Below are positions 30,546 through 32,000 of a stretch of 32,000 bases of DNA, piece after piece (position 1 is the stretch's first letter; each line of letters starts with the position of its first letter). The position numbers were made by a program, and so were the translations under genes. Under the pieces are notes generated by a model. That model was not told the DNA's origin, searched no databases, and worked only from the letters and a program-made list of their open reading frames with translations. Where the stretch lies: NCBI RefSeq assembly GCF_003382565.3, contig NZ_CP086253.1:372519-404518 (forward strand), in the 5' to 3' direction. This stretch comes from Pectobacterium aquaticum. GTDB taxonomy: Bacteria > Pseudomonadota > Gammaproteobacteria > Enterobacterales > Enterobacteriaceae.

Positions 30546-31583
30546 ATGAATATTGAGGGGCATTATCAATACCCCGGATTGGCGGCCCGCGTGGCCGCTT
30601 CTCTTCATTTAACGGACAACGGTTCGATAATGGTGTTGAACACTGGGTCATCGAATACGACATTTGCATTAGAGCAGGTCACGGTTTCCGATGCGCTGGG
30701 CTCGATTCCTCTAACGCTCACCTTTCCTGACGGTGGTCGCTTTGTTCCTGCCGACGATCCCACTTTTCGTGCGTGGTATTCCGCACGACGTCGCCCGGGA
30801 CTTGTCCATCGCCTGGAACGCCATAAGCGTGGCGTCATTCTCACGCTATTTGCCACGATCTTGCTCGTCATAAACTACGTTTACGTCGTTCTGCCGTGGG
30901 CAAGTTCTGCGCTGGCGCTACGGATGCCTAGCGCTATCGAACAACAGCTGGGACAACATACGCTGAAGTTATTACGCCACAGTGATTTTAAGCCTTCGAA
31001 ACTGCCTGTTGAACGTCAGCAGGCGATGCAAGCGCTGTTTCAACAGGTTATGCCTGCTGATATGCGGGAAGACAAAACGCCACTGCGCCTAGAAATGATG
31101 TCTGCGCCTATCGGGCCGAATGCCTTTATGCTGGCGAATGGCGCCCTAATTATCAGTGACGATCTGGTGAAGCTGGCGAAAAATGACAACGAGCTGGCCG
31201 CCGTGATGTTGCATGAAATGGGGCACCACGCCTATCGCCATCCAATGCGCATGGTGGTGCGTTCATCGCTGGTATCCCTGACTTTCATGTGGATGACGGG
31301 GGATGTCAGCGGCGTGGGGGATACCTTGTTGCAGTCTGCCGCTTTTATCAACGAGATGCAGTTTTCCCGCGATATGGAACGGGAAGCCGATGCATGGGCA
31401 ATAGCAGAAATGCAGCTACAGGGCCGTTCGCTTCAGTCGATGCAGGCAATGTATCGGACCTTGATCGCTCACGACCACACTCAGGATGAGATTGATTCGC
31501 TGGATTTACCTGACTGGCTGAGTACGCACCCCGATATGGATGAGCGGCTGAAAGTCATTGAAAGCGAGATGAATAAGCACTAA
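30546..31583 (+). CDS. M48-family zinc metallopeptidase (membrane-associated)
   Basis: 345 aa. It has the HExxH motif in AAVMLHEMGHHAYRH, a downstream E (READAWA), a TM helix (VILTLFATILLVINYVYVVLPW), and C-terminal THPDMDERL. It lies 10 nt after yjgN. Confidence 0.85.
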   Translation: MNIEGHYQYPGLAARVAASLHLTDNGSIMVLNTGSSNTTFALEQVTVSDALGSIPLTLTFPDGGRFVPADDPTFRAWYSARRRPGLVHRLERHKRGVILTLFATILLVINYVYVVLPWASSALALRMPSAIEQQLGQHTLKLLRHSDFKPSKLPVERQQAMQALFQQVMPADMREDKTPLRLEMMSAPIGPNAFMLANGALIISDDLVKLAKNDNELAAVMLHEMGHHAYRHPMRMVVRSSLVSLTFMWMTGDVSGVGDTLLQSAAFINEMQFSRDMEREADAWAIAEMQLQGRSLQSMQAMYRTLIAHDHTQDEIDSLDLPDWLSTHPDMDERLKVIESEMNKH

Positions 31584-31592
31584 TCCTCAGGT

Positions 31593-31613
31593 CTCACCTC
31601 TCACCTCTCACCT
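31593..31613. repeat. 3 x 7-nt tandem repeat (CTCACCT)
   Basis: CTCACCTCTCACCTCTCACCT lies directly after the M48 peptidase stop. Confidence 0.85.
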
Positions 31614-31938
31614 CGATCTAACCCTACCTTATGCCGATCGTGTGTGGTTTCACAGTACACGATCCCTTTCCTGTTAGATGCTTGAACAAAAAAAACACGA
31701 TTTGCTGTTTTTATAAACGAGAATGTCGAACGAAAAGCATGAACTACGTAGCCAGTCGATTAACAAAAATGCGTTAAATATCATCCTATTAAAAACTATC
31801 TGTAGAATCTCTCGCGATAAATAAAAAAATCAGAGAATAATATCTTTTTATTATTAGCTTGCTTATGTTTATTGGGATTTTTCCTAATAGGCATTAAAAT
31901 CGCTGCTTCACGACTTCATGATTACCGACGAGTTATTT

Positions 31939-32000
31939 ATGATTAACCGAATTTTATCAGGGGTGGTGGGTGTATTTCTGTTAATGCTGTCACCATTAAC
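31939..32000 (+). CDS. Possible 5' end of a secreted/membrane protein (partial)
   Basis: The ATG at 31939 opens MINRILSGVVGVFLLMLSPL..., which is signal-peptide-like, and runs off the window. It is preceded by about 350 nt of very AT-rich sequence. The SD is weak. Confidence 0.3.
   Translation, partial: MINRILSGVVGVFLLMLSPL

Overview
This is an Enterobacterales chromosomal segment. The core genes follow E. coli-like synteny (scrK-scrY, yhbP, yraR, nrdDG, ridA-pyrIB-pyrL, tabA, argI, rraB, yjgM, yjgN) and there are ERIC repeats. The organism may belong to the soft-rot Pectobacteriaceae, but I cannot verify that from the sequence. The left half holds a complete type I-E CRISPR-Cas locus: cas3, cse1, cse2, cas7, cas5, cas6e, cas1, cas2, a leader, and an array of 34 repeats and 33 spacers. 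The locus is loaded with toxin-antitoxin-type cargo in four ways. (1) cas3 and the Cascade operon are split by a 2.7-kb AT-rich insert on the opposite strand. The insert carries an AbiE-like pair: a nucleotidyltransferase and an unusually long wHTH partner with an unassigned N-terminal domain. (2) Next to that pair is an intact HigA-like antitoxin whose higB partner is a 5'-truncated, frameshifted relic. The antitoxin gene overlaps the cas3 stop tail-to-tail. (3) An intact higBA module occupies an 839-nt spacer slot between repeat 34 and a degenerate terminal repeat. (4) A further hypothetical gene lies between that terminal repeat and a downstream hairpin that looks like another decayed repeat. 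Elsewhere, a stand-alone polymorphic-toxin-like gene with a membrane-anchored putative immunity gene sits between tabA and argI. An ERIC element separates argI from its ARG boxes. yjgN appears 5'-truncated next to a short ERIC-like copy. Functional calls rest on my own motif and homology recognition; no database search was possible.
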